Translations under genes and position numbers: made by a program
Shown here: in pieces, positions 19,174 through 29,644 of the stretch
Layout: each line of letters begins with the position of its first letter
Position numbering within the stretch: the first letter of the stretch is position 1
Assembly (NCBI GenBank): GCA_027339965.1
Contig: DAHWNL010000075.1
Location: forward strand, 1 to 30,683
Origin: Granulicella sp.
GTDB lineage: Bacteria > Acidobacteriota > Terriglobia > Terriglobales > Acidobacteriaceae
Direction: 5' to 3'
DNA length: 30,683 bases
The notes under the pieces: model-generated
Told to the model about the DNA's origin: nothing
Seen by the model: the letters and a program-made list of their open reading frames with translations, nothing else
Databases searched by the model: none

Positions 19174-19788
19174 CGGCTCTCCGTTCCGTTTGACTGAATC
19201 GGTCGAGGGCGATTTCCGCATATTCAGACCGTCAGCGGCGACAGAATGGCCGCATGGAAAGTTTCGTCCTGAACCGATGCGAGTCGCGATTGCTTGTCAG
19301 ATTCTAACTATCTATCTTTCCGCCGTATAGACCTTGGGTCTGACTCGGTGGAATGGTGATGGGACGCAACGAAGCAGGAACCATCTCTTGGACCGAAGCG
19401 GCTGACAAGCTTCTGAATGCATGGTGGCTGTGGCGAAGCGTCTTTTCAACGGTCCCGCGTGACGGCATAGAGGAAAGGCAAACCCGTCTGAATTCCCATC
19501 GCCGAGCATTCCGAGCATGTAGTCGCGATCCCATGCGGCGGCGAGGCATTTTCCGCGAACGCCGAATCTGAAGTTTTTGGCCTATTTGAGGGGACTCAGG
19601 GCGATGCCGTTGCAAGGAGGCGGATCCAGGGCCTCCGCTTATGGCTCAAAACTTGGCGCCCCGCGCTCTACAAGCACTGAGGCGTCGCCGCTCGACAACC
19701 GGCCGAATGTTGATTCGGCCACTGAGTTGAAAGCAATGCGCGGAGAGATTGTTCGCCCCCCGCTGCGCTCCAGGAGCCCTTGTCGCCG

Positions 19789-20961
19789 CTACGGTCTCCT
19801 CGCTGCCGCAGTCGTTCGTTCTGTCGCCGACGCTCCATACCCCTGCCAGACATACTCCAACGCCTCCGGCAGCGTCTCAAGCCGTACGCCGCGGTCGACA
19901 TGGCCGGCGTCTTCGGCAAAAACAAACTGATAGTGATAGTGCTTTTCTGCCAGCACGCGGGCCATGCGCTCGTTGGCCAACACCCAGTCGTGCATCCCGT
20001 CGCGCATGGGGTTGGGGTTCAGCAAGTCGTGATCGCCTACCTCCAGCCAAATGCGGATGGGCTTTCGCGGGCTGCCAGGGATCAACTTCTCGTGGAACTC
20101 CCATGCGCCGTGAGGGGTGGCAGGGTTGAATGGCCACTGCTGGTTGACGAAGGTTCCTGAATAAGAGAGGACACGGTGGTAAAGATCCGGGCGATACCAG
20201 GCCATCTCCAACGCCGCCGCGCCGCCCGAACTGCCGCCCGTGGCGGCCCGTTCGTCCGGATTATGTGTGAGACGGACATGAGCTTCAGCTTCCACGCGGG
20301 GTAGAACTTCGGACTCGACGAACTCCGCATACCGGCCCGACATCGTGTCATACTCCAGCCCTCGCTCACTACCCTGCGCATCTTGCCCACCGTTGGCGAT
20401 CGAGATGCCAATCATCGCCGGGATGCGGTGCTCCGCAATCAGCGCGTCGAGGGCCGCGAAGAGCACCCAGTCCGGACCATCCGCGCCGACGATGAAGGGC
20501 GCCGCCGTGCCTGGCTTGTAACCGGCAGGGACGTACACGGCAACCTCGCGCGTCCAGGGCGCGGGACGGCTGTCGGTTACGATCAACTTTGCTGGATGGT
20601 TCGGGTCTGGCTTTCCCAGAACGTTTGGGATGCGAGCGATACCCGGGTAGATCTTGCTCTCCGCCGAGGTCATCGTGAAGACGGTCACGCTGCCATGAGC
20701 GAAGTGCGGGACAACGCCTTTCGGATGTGGTTCTGACGCAAAGGCGGCCAACTCGGGCGCGGGTTTATGGGTGGGGCCCAGGATGAAGTTGCCATCCGCA
20801 GACGGCGGCGGAAGATCTCCATCTGGAAGCTGCACGGCGTTCACAAAGCCGGGGGAGTGCGGATCTCGGACGGGTGGCGCAGGACGCTGTGCCTGTGCGG
20901 TCTGCATTGCGAAACCAAAGAGTACTACGGTGAGAAAGAGCGATGCCGGGTGGAACTGCAT
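19789..20961 (-). CDS. Secreted alpha/beta-hydrolase, enterochelin-esterase (Fes)-like
   Basis: Signal peptide, VYVPAGY, ERGLEYD, nucleophile elbow GGSSGG, C-terminal GH. Confidence 0.88.
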   Translation of the reverse strand: MQFHPASLFLTVVLFGFAMQTAQAQRPAPPVRDPHSPGFVNAVQLPDGDLPPPSADGNFILGPTHKPAPELAAFASEPHPKGVVPHFAHGSVTVFTMTSAESKIYPGIARIPNVLGKPDPNHPAKLIVTDSRPAPWTREVAVYVPAGYKPGTAAPFIVGADGPDWVLFAALDALIAEHRIPAMIGISIANGGQDAQGSERGLEYDTMSGRYAEFVESEVLPRVEAEAHVRLTHNPDERAATGGSSGGAAALEMAWYRPDLYHRVLSYSGTFVNQQWPFNPATPHGAWEFHEKLIPGSPRKPIRIWLEVGDHDLLNPNPMRDGMHDWVLANERMARVLAEKHYHYQFVFAEDAGHVDRGVRLETLPEALEYVWQGYGASATERTTAAARRP

Positions 20962-21272
20962 ATGGATACCTCCGCAACGAAACCGGGATGGCGGAATTGT
21001 AGTGGGCGGGACGCTCGGTTATCCACTGTTCAGGCAACAGACCCTGAAGCCAAAGTGTCTCCGCTCTTGTTCACCAGCAGGCTCCTTGTTCAGGAAGGCG
21101 CATGTCCCATGGTGCTACACTACAATCAGTTTTCCTGCGGGTAGATCGACTCGGGTAGCCCTGAAGGCGGCATCTTCCTTGGTGAGGCTCGCTGTCTTCA
21201 CGACTTCGGCGAGCTTCCTGGCGAGCTTTGAGCCCACTGGTACCGCAACCCCGCCTCAAGGAATCATCAGGC

Positions 21273-22889
21273 ATGCTCTTCACAGCTCGCAGCGCGGCCG
21301 TCTACGGAATTGACGCTCATCTGATCGACGTAGAGGTTGACTTCTCCGGCACGATCGCCAAGGAGGAGATCTTTGCTACGGTGGGCCTTCCCGATGCGGC
21401 GGTGCGCGAGTCCCGGGACCGGGTTCGTTCGGCCATCAAGAACTCAGGCTTCGAGTTGCCCCCCACCCGCATCACGATCAATCTAGCGCCGGCCGATTTG
21501 AAGAAGGAGGGTTCGGGGTTTGATCTCCCCATCGCTATCGGCATTCTGGGAGCTTACGGTGCGCTCTCCGTCAAGGACATCGCCGATTTTGTTCTGGTAG
21601 GGGAGTTGGGTCTGGACGGTTCTCTGCGCGCGGTTCAAGGGATGCTACCGATCGCGATTGCAGCCCGAACGGCAGGCATCCGCAACCTGGTGATTCCGGC
21701 GGCGAATGCGCGTGAAGCCGCTGTTGTGGCCGGCGTCAACGTCTATCCGGTTCGCTCCTTGCTGGAAGTACGGGAGCTGTTGAACTCCGCCGCCGGCGTC
21801 TCCGGCAGCCAGCCCCAACTTTTTGCGCAACCCCTTTCGGTGGATAGCGCCAACCTTTTGAATGAAGCCCTGGAGTACCCTGCCGACTTTCGCGACGTGC
21901 GTGGCCAGCAGGTAGCCAAACGGGCTTTGGAGGTCGCCGCAGCCGGAGGCCACAACATCCTGATGATCGGTCCGCCCGGCTCCGGCAAGACGATGCTGGC
22001 GAAGCGGCTTCCCTCCATTCTGGCTCCGCTGCGGTTTGAAGAAGCCCTGGAAACCACCAAGATCCACTCGGTGGCCGGCATCCTCAATCGAGATGAGGGC
22101 CTGGTGACTCATCGCCCCTTCCGTTCCCCGCACCATACCATCTCTGATGCCGGACTGATCGGCGGCGGCGTGATGCCCCGGCCAGGAGAGGTCTCTCTGG
22201 CTCACAATGGTCTTCTGTTTCTGGATGAACTTCCGGAGTTTCCGCGCAACGTTCTCGAGGTCCTGCGCCAACCTCTGGAGGATGGGCAGGTGACCATCTC
22301 CCGGGCGGCCATGTCCCTCTCCTTTCCGGCTCGCTTCATGCTTGCTGCAGCCATGAACCCCTGCCCTTGCGGATACTTTAACGACAAATCCAGGGAATGC
22401 ATGTGTACTCCGCCCATGATCCAGCGCTACGTCAGCAAGGTCAGCGGGCCTCTGCTGGATCGCATCGACATCCATATTGAGGTTCCTGCGGTGCAGTACA
22501 AAGAGCTGCGCGGCGCTTCCGCAACGGAGGGGTCGGCGGAGATTCGCGCCCGGGTGCTGGCCGCCCGCGAGATCCAACATGACCGCTTCCTGGCCTACGG
22601 AGCAAAAGCTCCTTCCCGAGGCTCGAAAGCGGCCTTTCGGGCTACCAACGCCTTTGCCAACGCCCAGATGTCCACTCAGCAGATCCGAACTTTCTGCGAA
22701 CTCTCCACGGATGCGGAGAGGCTGTTGGAACGCGCCATGCAACAGCAGGGACTCAGCGCCCGAGCACACGACCGCATTCTCAAGGTAGCGCGCACCATCG
22801 CCGACCTGGAACGATCCACCTGCATCGCCGTGCCACATATCGCCGAAGCCATCCAATACCGGACGCTCGATCGCAGCTATTGGTCCTGA
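21273..22889 (+). CDS. comM: YifB/ComM Mg-chelatase-like AAA+ ATPase
   Basis: [66 protein letters not shown]. Confidence 0.95.
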   Translation: MLFTARSAAVYGIDAHLIDVEVDFSGTIAKEEIFATVGLPDAAVRESRDRVRSAIKNSGFELPPTRITINLAPADLKKEGSGFDLPIAIGILGAYGALSVKDIADFVLVGELGLDGSLRAVQGMLPIAIAARTAGIRNLVIPAANAREAAVVAGVNVYPVRSLLEVRELLNSAAGVSGSQPQLFAQPLSVDSANLLNEALEYPADFRDVRGQQVAKRALEVAAAGGHNILMIGPPGSGKTMLAKRLPSILAPLRFEEALETTKIHSVAGILNRDEGLVTHRPFRSPHHTISDAGLIGGGVMPRPGEVSLAHNGLLFLDELPEFPRNVLEVLRQPLEDGQVTISRAAMSLSFPARFMLAAAMNPCPCGYFNDKSRECMCTPPMIQRYVSKVSGPLLDRIDIHIEVPAVQYKELRGASATEGSAEIRARVLAAREIQHDRFLAYGAKAPSRGSKAAFRATNAFANAQMSTQQIRTFCELSTDAERLLERAMQQQGLSARAHDRILKVARTIADLERSTCIAVPHIAEAIQYRTLDRSYWS

Positions 22890-23013
22890 AGCCGGGCATG
22901 CTCCTCATCGGGGCGGGCCGGCTCGGGGCTGGCGGCAGCGATTCGGTCGGGTCCTCCAACCCGCATCATCCAAATTTCAATAGGTCCATCCCTGCTCTTC
23001 ACCAAAAAAAGGA

Positions 23014-23043
23014 TTGACCCCGTCACCTTGCACGAGTTATGGT
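23014..23043 (+). promoter_or_regulatory. Sigma70-like promoter upstream of rpoZ-rho
   Basis: TTGACC-N18-TATGGT preceded by an A7 tract. Confidence 0.5.
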
Positions 23044-23426
23044 TCAAATAGCAGGTAGAAGGGCTCAAAAGCTGTTCCGATCAGGGATCCAGACATCGGC
23101 TGGAGCGATGGAGTGGTTCGGTGCAGCCTATGGCTTGAGGACACTCCTTCCAGGGTCATTCTCCCTCGAAAATGCGAGATCCTCGTAAATCGCCGGGTGG
23201 GGCAGCCCCGCCTGGCGCCGCCTGACTCTAGATTTGGCTGTACCTCTCAACCCTCGCTCCGCTGCGCAATTTTGCGCAAAGGTTGGACGCGCCTTCCTTG
23301 AAACTCGCGCGTCTAATGTAAATAACCGGGCTTGCGTGCCGCTACAAGGCAGCAGGTCACGAGGTATCCCCAAGATGGGCGCAGAGCAACGACGCCCGGA
23401 ACCTCGCTTTACCAGGAGAATCATTC

Positions 23427-23648
23427 ATGCGCTCTGATCTTATCTTTGGTGCTCTTACGCACGTGAAGAACCGCTACAAGCTCTGTCAGCTTGCCTCCAA
23501 AGCAACTCGCAAACTGCACAAACCAAATACCCGCGTACAGGACACCGCCAACGAGGTCTTCGACCGTTTCAAAGACACCATTCCGATGGACACCACTGCG
23601 GAATCCAGCCTTGAGGCACTGTCGAGCTCAGAGCGGCGCGCCGCCTAA
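23427..23648 (+). CDS. rpoZ: RNA polymerase omega subunit-like protein
   Basis: NRYKLCQLASKATRKL matches the omega N(R/K)YxL..A..A..L motif; AGGAGA RBS; 73 aa. Confidence 0.8.
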   Translation: MRSDLIFGALTHVKNRYKLCQLASKATRKLHKPNTRVQDTANEVFDRFKDTIPMDTTAESSLEALSSSERRAA

Positions 23649-23998
23649 CTTGATGCTTGCGCCAGGCGGTGACGGTCGCTGCCTTTCATTCTTTCGGGTT
23701 CCGTTAGCAGAGCAAGAGCAGGCCACGGACGGAATCCGACGGTGACCCAACCGCAGCCAAGCCCGCCTCGCCACTCTACTTTCCCTCCTCAGAGTTTTGC
23801 GCCTGCGCTTCCTTTTCCTCGTTCTGGTCTGCTAGGCTGAAGGCGACTTCACCATCCTGATACCCATTCATCTTCCCGCTCGCGGACCCTGCATCTCTCT
23901 GCTTCGACCCTCCGCATCACCGGCGCATCCGGCTCTCCGCCGTAGCAGCGCAATTCCGCAACAACACTTCTTCGCAAGATCCAGTCCCCTCAAAATCT

Positions 23999-25270
23999 AT
24001 GGAAACCACTCAAGCACTCATGACCATCTCCGAGTTGAAGGAAAAAAGCATTGCCGAACTCGGCAAGCTCGCCCGCGCTCTTGAAATTGCAGGCACCAGC
24101 GCGCTACGCAAACAAGACCTCATTTTTAAAATTCTCCAGGCACAAAGCGAAAAAGAAGGTCATATCTTCGCAGAAGGAGTCCTGGAGATTCTTCCCGACG
24201 GTTACGGCTTTCTCCGCTCTCCGGACTACAACTACCTTCCCGGCCCGGACGACATTTACGTCTCTCCCTCCCAGATCCGCAAGTTTGATTTGAAGACGGG
24301 AGACACGATCTCCGGCAACGTTCGCAGCCCTCATGAAGGGGAGAAATACTTTGCCTTGGTCAAGATCGAAGCGATCAACTTTGAGAGTCCGGAGGAGACC
24401 CGCAACAAAATCCTCTTCGACAACCTGACTCCGCTCTATCCTCAGGAACACATCAAGATGGAGACCGTCAAGGACGGCATCTCCGGTCGAGTGATGGACC
24501 TGCTGTGCCCCATTGGCAAGGGTCAGCGCGGGCTCATCGTCGCTCCGCCCCGCACCGGCAAGACCGTACTGATGCAGTCCATTGCCAACTCGATTACGGC
24601 CAATCATCCGGAAATTGTTCTCATCGTGCTGCTGATCGACGAGCGGCCGGAAGAGGTCACTGACATGCAGCGGTCGGTGAAGGGCGAGGTCATCTCCTCC
24701 ACCTTTGACGAGCCCGCGGCGCGCCATGTTCAAGTGGCGGAGATGGTGATTGAAAAGGCCAAGCGTCTGGTGGAGCACAAGCGCGATGTCGTCATCCTGC
24801 TGGATTCCATCACCCGGCTGGCGCGCGCCTACAACACCATCGTCCCACCCAGCGGCAAGGTGCTCTCCGGAGGCGTGGACTCCAACGCGCTGCAACGCCC
24901 CAAGCGCTTCTTCGGCGCGGCGCGCAATATTGAAGAGGGCGGTAGTCTGACCATTATCGCGTCGGCCCTGATTGATACCGGGTCGCGGATGGATGAGGTC
25001 ATCTTTGAGGAGTTCAAGGGCACCGGCAATATGGAGGTGATTTTGGACCGCAAGTTGGTCGACAAGCGCGTCTTCCCGGCCATCGACATCCAGCGCTCCG
25101 GCACTCGGAAAGAGGAGCTGCTGATTCCCAAGGATGATCTGCAGCGCACCTGGATCCTGCGCAAGGTCCTGAATCCTCTTTCTCCGGTGGAAGCCATGGA
25201 GCTGCTCAGCGACAAGCTGGGCAAGACGCGCAATAACCAGGAGTTTCTGCATAACATGAGCTCGCTGTAA
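23999..25270 (+). CDS. rho: Transcription termination factor Rho
   Basis: [57 protein letters not shown]. Start may be ATG 24020. Confidence 0.98.
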   Translation: METTQALMTISELKEKSIAELGKLARALEIAGTSALRKQDLIFKILQAQSEKEGHIFAEGVLEILPDGYGFLRSPDYNYLPGPDDIYVSPSQIRKFDLKTGDTISGNVRSPHEGEKYFALVKIEAINFESPEETRNKILFDNLTPLYPQEHIKMETVKDGISGRVMDLLCPIGKGQRGLIVAPPRTGKTVLMQSIANSITANHPEIVLIVLLIDERPEEVTDMQRSVKGEVISSTFDEPAARHVQVAEMVIEKAKRLVEHKRDVVILLDSITRLARAYNTIVPPSGKVLSGGVDSNALQRPKRFFGAARNIEEGGSLTIIASALIDTGSRMDEVIFEEFKGTGNMEVILDRKLVDKRVFPAIDIQRSGTRKEELLIPKDDLQRTWILRKVLNPLSPVEAMELLSDKLGKTRNNQEFLHNMSSL

Positions 25271-25331
25271 ACCCTCCATCACCGCCAGCCGAATCCGGAG
25301 CCGACCTCTACCCGAGCCAGCCGACGCCGGA

Positions 25332-25378
25332 GCCAAAAGGGGTGAGTCCGAACCCTCCACGGACTCGCCCTTTTTGGC
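25332..25378 (+). terminator. Intrinsic terminator after rho
   Basis: GGGTGAGTCCG / CGGACTCGCCC stem followed by TTTTT, with AAAA on the other side. Confidence 0.8.
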
Positions 25379-25524
25379 CTCCCGCTGGCCCGATGCCCAT
25401 CCCCGGCAGCTTCTTCCTTCCTTCCGCCCGCGACACCCAATTCCTCGGCACGCCGCAGCCGCTTCAAAACCGCGTTTCAAAGCCTTGAAGCCTGTCTCCT
25501 GCAGCGAACATCTATACTAAAGCC

Positions 25525-27102
25525 ATGCCGCAGATGAACCTTCCACGCACCCTCGGCCAACTCCGTAGCTCCGAATACACCCCTGAGCGCGTAGCCCGCT
25601 GCGTCAAAGACGAACTCCGTGAGAACCTCATCGCGCGCCTGCGTCAGATCGCCCCAGGCGGCCGGCACGCCGGCCAGAGCCTCTTTCCCGGCATCATCGG
25701 CTTTGACGATACGGTCGTCCCCCAGATCGTCAACGCGCTGCTCTCCCGCCACAACTTCATCCTTCTCGGCCTGCGCGGCCAGGCCAAGTCCCGTATCCTC
25801 CGCTCGCTCACCACGCTACTCGATCCCCACTGTCCCTACGTCGCCGGCTCGGAGCTGCGCGACAACCCCTACGCTCCGCTCAGCAAGTTCTCCCGCGACC
25901 TCATCGCCTCCCTCGGCGACGACACGCCCATCGCCTGGATGACGCCGCGCGACCGCTATGTGGAGAAGCTGGCCACCCCAGACGTCACCGTCGCAGACCT
26001 CATCGGTGACGTGGATCCCATCAAGGCCGCCCGCTCCGGCCACGAGCTGGGCAGCGAGCTCACCATGCACTACGGCCTGCTGCCCCGCGCTAACCGCGGC
26101 ATCTTCGCCATCAATGAAGTTCCCGATCTCGCCGGCAAGATCCAGGTCGCGCTCTTCAACATCATGCAGGAGGGCGATGTCCAGATTAAGGGCTACCCCA
26201 TCCGCCTCGAGCTCGACGTAGCCATCGTCTTCTCCGCCAATCCAGAGGATTACACCGCGCGTGGCAAAATCGTCACTCCGCTCAAGGACCGCATGGGCAG
26301 CGAGATTCGCACCCACTATCCGGAGTCGATCGAGGAGGCCATCAGCATCACGCAGCAGGAGTCCTGGACCGCCCGCACCTACGCCCCCGGCGCCGACGCC
26401 ATCCAGAACATCATCATCCCCCAGTACATCCGTCAGATCGTCGAACAAATAGCCTTCGTGGCCCGCGAAGACAAGAAGGTGGATAAACGCTCCGGCGTCT
26501 CCCAGCGGCTGCCGATCTCCACCCTGGAGCTGGTGGTCTCCAACGCCGAGCGCCGCGCCCTGCTGCACGGAGAAAATCTCATCGTGCCCCGGGTCGGCGA
26601 TATCTTCGCCGCCCTGCCCGGCATCACGGGCAAGATCGAACTGGAATACGAAGGCGAACTCAAGGGAGCCGAGACCGTCATCCGCGAGATCATTCGCCAG
26701 TCGGTAGCCAACATCTACGACTCCTACTTCGCTTCCACCAACACCCAGCAGATCGAGCAGTGGTTCAACCTGGGAGGGACCGTCGAACTCAATGACAAGC
26801 AGCCCTCGCAGACCGTCTACAACCAGCTCAAAACCATCCAGGGGCTGATGGAAAAGCTCTCCCCACTCAAAATCAACTCCCACTCCCCCGTAGAGCTTTC
26901 CGTCTCCGCTGCGGAATTTCTCCTGGAGGGACTCACAGCCCACAAAAAAATCTCGCGCTCAGAGGCCCGCACCTTCACCGCCGGGGAAAAGCGCCGCCGC
27001 GTGGAAGAGGCTGCCGACTTTGGCGAACGCGCCCGCGAACGTCTCCAGGAAGACGCCCTGAACCAGATCGCCCGCAACCGCACCCGCCGCGGCTTCAACT
27101 AA
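25525..27102 (+). CDS. Mg-chelatase-like AAA+ ATPase (Rv0958-like family)
   Basis: LPRTLGQLR, GIIGFDDTV, variant Walker A GLRGQAKS, EKLATPD, IFAINEVPDL, ANPEDYTARGKIVTPLKDR. Confidence 0.9.
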   Translation: MPQMNLPRTLGQLRSSEYTPERVARCVKDELRENLIARLRQIAPGGRHAGQSLFPGIIGFDDTVVPQIVNALLSRHNFILLGLRGQAKSRILRSLTTLLDPHCPYVAGSELRDNPYAPLSKFSRDLIASLGDDTPIAWMTPRDRYVEKLATPDVTVADLIGDVDPIKAARSGHELGSELTMHYGLLPRANRGIFAINEVPDLAGKIQVALFNIMQEGDVQIKGYPIRLELDVAIVFSANPEDYTARGKIVTPLKDRMGSEIRTHYPESIEEAISITQQESWTARTYAPGADAIQNIIIPQYIRQIVEQIAFVAREDKKVDKRSGVSQRLPISTLELVVSNAERRALLHGENLIVPRVGDIFAALPGITGKIELEYEGELKGAETVIREIIRQSVANIYDSYFASTNTQQIEQWFNLGGTVELNDKQPSQTVYNQLKTIQGLMEKLSPLKINSHSPVELSVSAAEFLLEGLTAHKKISRSEARTFTAGEKRRRVEEAADFGERARERLQEDALNQIARNRTRRGFN

Positions 27103-27309
27103 ACCAGCGCCGCCCGCCTGCAAGGCAGGACCACCACTCCCGTCACGCTTCCCTCTCGCCTTGCGCGTTCACCGCAAAGCCCCACCCCCGGACCGTCATC
27201 GGAGCCGATCAGCCTCGCCCGCATCCGCATCCATTTCTTTCTTCTTCTCTCCTCATTCGATCTTCTTACAGGCTCAAAACAGCCCGCCGGCGGCGCGTAA
27301 AATCTCCTC

Positions 27310-27987
27310 ATGAGCACCGCCGTCAACAACACCCGCGCCGTCTTCGATGCCACAGCCTCAGTCTACGATCACGACCGGATGCTGCTCATCCCGGGGCATC
27401 AGACCTTTTATGCCACAGCCCTCAGCCTGATCCCCTCCCAGGCCACCCGCATCGTCGAACTCGGCGCAGGCTCCGGGCTCTTCTCCGCCATGCTGCGCGA
27501 TGCGTTTCCCTCGGCGCACCTTCAACTCATCGACTTCTCGCAGCCCATGCTTGACCTGGCCCGCCGGCGCCTAGGCAACCATCCCCGGATCACCTACACC
27601 CTGGCCGACTACACCACCACTCCGCTTCCCCCCTGTGACGCAGTCGTCAGCTCCCTCTCCATCCACCACCTGGAAGACGATCGCAAGCGCTCGCTCCTTT
27701 CCATCATCTTCCCAGCGCTCACCCCGGGCGGCATCTTCGTAAACGCGGATCAGGTCGCCGGCCCCACCCCAGAGCTGGAGCTTCTATACCAGCAGCGCTG
27801 GCTGGAAGGGGTACGCGCCCTTGGAGCCAGCGAGCAGCAGATCGCCGACTCCCTCTACCGGCAGCGCGAAGACCGCCGCACACCGCTCGACTCGCAACTC
27901 CAATGGCTCCGCGCGGCCGGCTTCACCCTCGTCGACTGCTCCTACAAGCTCCACAGCTTCGCCGTCTTCAGCGGCGTCAAACCGTAG
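27310..27987 (+). CDS. Class I SAM-dependent methyltransferase
   Basis: VELGAGSG, DAVVSSLSIHHL, PGGIFVNAD, WLRAAGF. Confidence 0.92.
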   Translation: MSTAVNNTRAVFDATASVYDHDRMLLIPGHQTFYATALSLIPSQATRIVELGAGSGLFSAMLRDAFPSAHLQLIDFSQPMLDLARRRLGNHPRITYTLADYTTTPLPPCDAVVSSLSIHHLEDDRKRSLLSIIFPALTPGGIFVNADQVAGPTPELELLYQQRWLEGVRALGASEQQIADSLYRQREDRRTPLDSQLQWLRAAGFTLVDCSYKLHSFAVFSGVKP

Positions 27988-28012
27988 CCTGTCGCGCGGC
28001 GCCCGGCGCTTC

Positions 28013-29644
28013 TCAGTCGATCGGCGCTGCCTCTTTGGGGCGGAACTTCGGCCGCTTCATCAGATACCCCACTGGAATCAGGCAACCGACAAGCACCACC
28101 AGCACATGCACCGTATCAACGTAGGCTAGCGTGCTGGCCTGCACATTCATCATGTTGTAGATGCGGGCTGAGGCTCGCGCCCCGGCGCTGGCTGCCGAGT
28201 AGCCGCTGGTCTCCAGCGAAGCCTTCATCCCTTGATACAGCGATTGATAGGCACTTGATCCGTTGTAGACTTTGGCGGCAAGGTAGTGTTGATGTACCTG
28301 GGCTCGCCTGGCCAGCATCGTGCTGATAAAGGAGATCCCAATGCTGCCTCCAATGTTGCGAGCCAGCGCCGTCATGCCCGAGACCTCATTGTTCTTCTCC
28401 TGGGGAATCCCCACATAGCTCATCACACTGATGGGGACAAAGAGAAACGGCATGCCCAGCACCATCACCATCCGCCAACTGGCCGCATCCCAGAAGGTGA
28501 TTCCCAGGTAAACTCCGGAGATTCTCCAGATGCCGATGGTGAGCAAGGTGAATCCGTAGGTGATCATCAGCCGCGGATCCACCCTCTGCCCCAAATAGCC
28601 AACGATGGGGAACATGGTGATCAGCACCAGGCCTCCGGCCGAGAGCGCCAGCCCGGCTTCGGTAGCCGTATAGCCCATCATTACCTGAAGAAACTGAGGG
28701 ATCATCACCGTTGTGGCATAGAGCGTCGCCCCGATGATCACCATGACGATCTGGGACATGGCAAAGTTGCGCCTGGTGTACAAAGAGAGATCCACGATCG
28801 GATGCTTGGCGGTCAACTCCCGGTACAGGAACGCCACAAGAGCACAGCCCCCCACAAGAGCGCAGATCACGATGAAGCGCGATCCGAACCAGTCGTCTTC
28901 CTGCCCCTTATCCAGCAAGATCTGCAGCGCGCCAATCGTCAGCGCCAGCAGCCCCAGACCAATTCCGTCGATGTCGCCGAGTTTTGCTCGCACTCTCTTA
29001 AGATAAGGTGGATCCTCCACGATTTTGCTGGTAAGCAAGAGGGAGAGAATACCCACCGGGATATTCAGAAAGAAGATCCATCGCCAGCTAGAGTTGTCCG
29101 TGATCCATCCGCCCACCGTTGGCCCGATCGCCGGCGCCAACACCACTGCCATACCGTACATGCTGAACGCCATGCTGCGCTTTTCAGGAGCAAAGGTGTC
29201 GGCCAGAATGGCGCGCTCACTCGGTTGCAAACCTCCGCCGGCTGCTCCTTGTATTACCCGCAGCACAATCAGCATGGACAGAGAGGTCGCCAGCCCGCAC
29301 AGGAAGGAGAACAGGGTGAAGATCGCCACGCAGCTCATGTAGAAGTTCTTGCGCCCAATCCGGTTGGCAATCCAGCCGCTGATGGGCAGCACAATCGCAT
29401 TGGAGACCAGGTAAGAGGTCAGCACCCAGGTTGCTTCCTCATAGGTGGCGCCCAGGGAACCGGCGATGTGCGGCAGCGCCACATTGGCGATGCTCGAATC
29501 CAGGGCCTCCATGAAGGTGGCCAGCGTCACCGTTAGGGTAATCACCCACGGGTTGAACCGCGGCGTCCACGGCTCGTGATGAAACTCATCCTCGGAGTCT
29601 CTGTTCGGCGCCTTTTTAGCAGCGACAACGGTAGCCTGTGCCAT
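28013..29644 (-). CDS. DHA2 (EmrB/QacA) MFS efflux permease
   Basis: FMEALDSSIANVALP, WVLTSYL, RVIQGAAGG, APAIGPTVGGWITD, WRWIFFLNIPVG, LDKGQEDDWF. Confidence 0.95.
   Translation of the reverse strand: MAQATVVAAKKAPNRDSEDEFHHEPWTPRFNPWVITLTVTLATFMEALDSSIANVALPHIAGSLGATYEEATWVLTSYLVSNAIVLPISGWIANRIGRKNFYMSCVAIFTLFSFLCGLATSLSMLIVLRVIQGAAGGGLQPSERAILADTFAPEKRSMAFSMYGMAVVLAPAIGPTVGGWITDNSSWRWIFFLNIPVGILSLLLTSKIVEDPPYLKRVRAKLGDIDGIGLGLLALTIGALQILLDKGQEDDWFGSRFIVICALVGGCALVAFLYRELTAKHPIVDLSLYTRRNFAMSQIVMVIIGATLYATTVMIPQFLQVMMGYTATEAGLALSAGGLVLITMFPIVGYLGQRVDPRLMITYGFTLLTIGIWRISGVYLGITFWDAASWRMVMVLGMPFLFVPISVMSYVGIPQEKNNEVSGMTALARNIGGSIGISFISTMLARRAQVHQHYLAAKVYNGSSAYQSLYQGMKASLETSGYSAASAGARASARIYNMMNVQASTLAYVDTVHVLVVLVGCLIPVGYLMKRPKFRPKEAAPID

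Noticed and set aside
19471..19500. GGAAAGGCAAACCCGTCTGAA as a c-di-GMP-I riboswitch
   Set aside because: The complementary P2 arm and the following GACGCAAAG segment are absent.
25286..25334. Short AGCCGAnnCCGGAGCC repeats after rho as a CRISPR-like array
   Set aside because: Only two 16-bp imperfect copies, no regular spacers, no cas genes.
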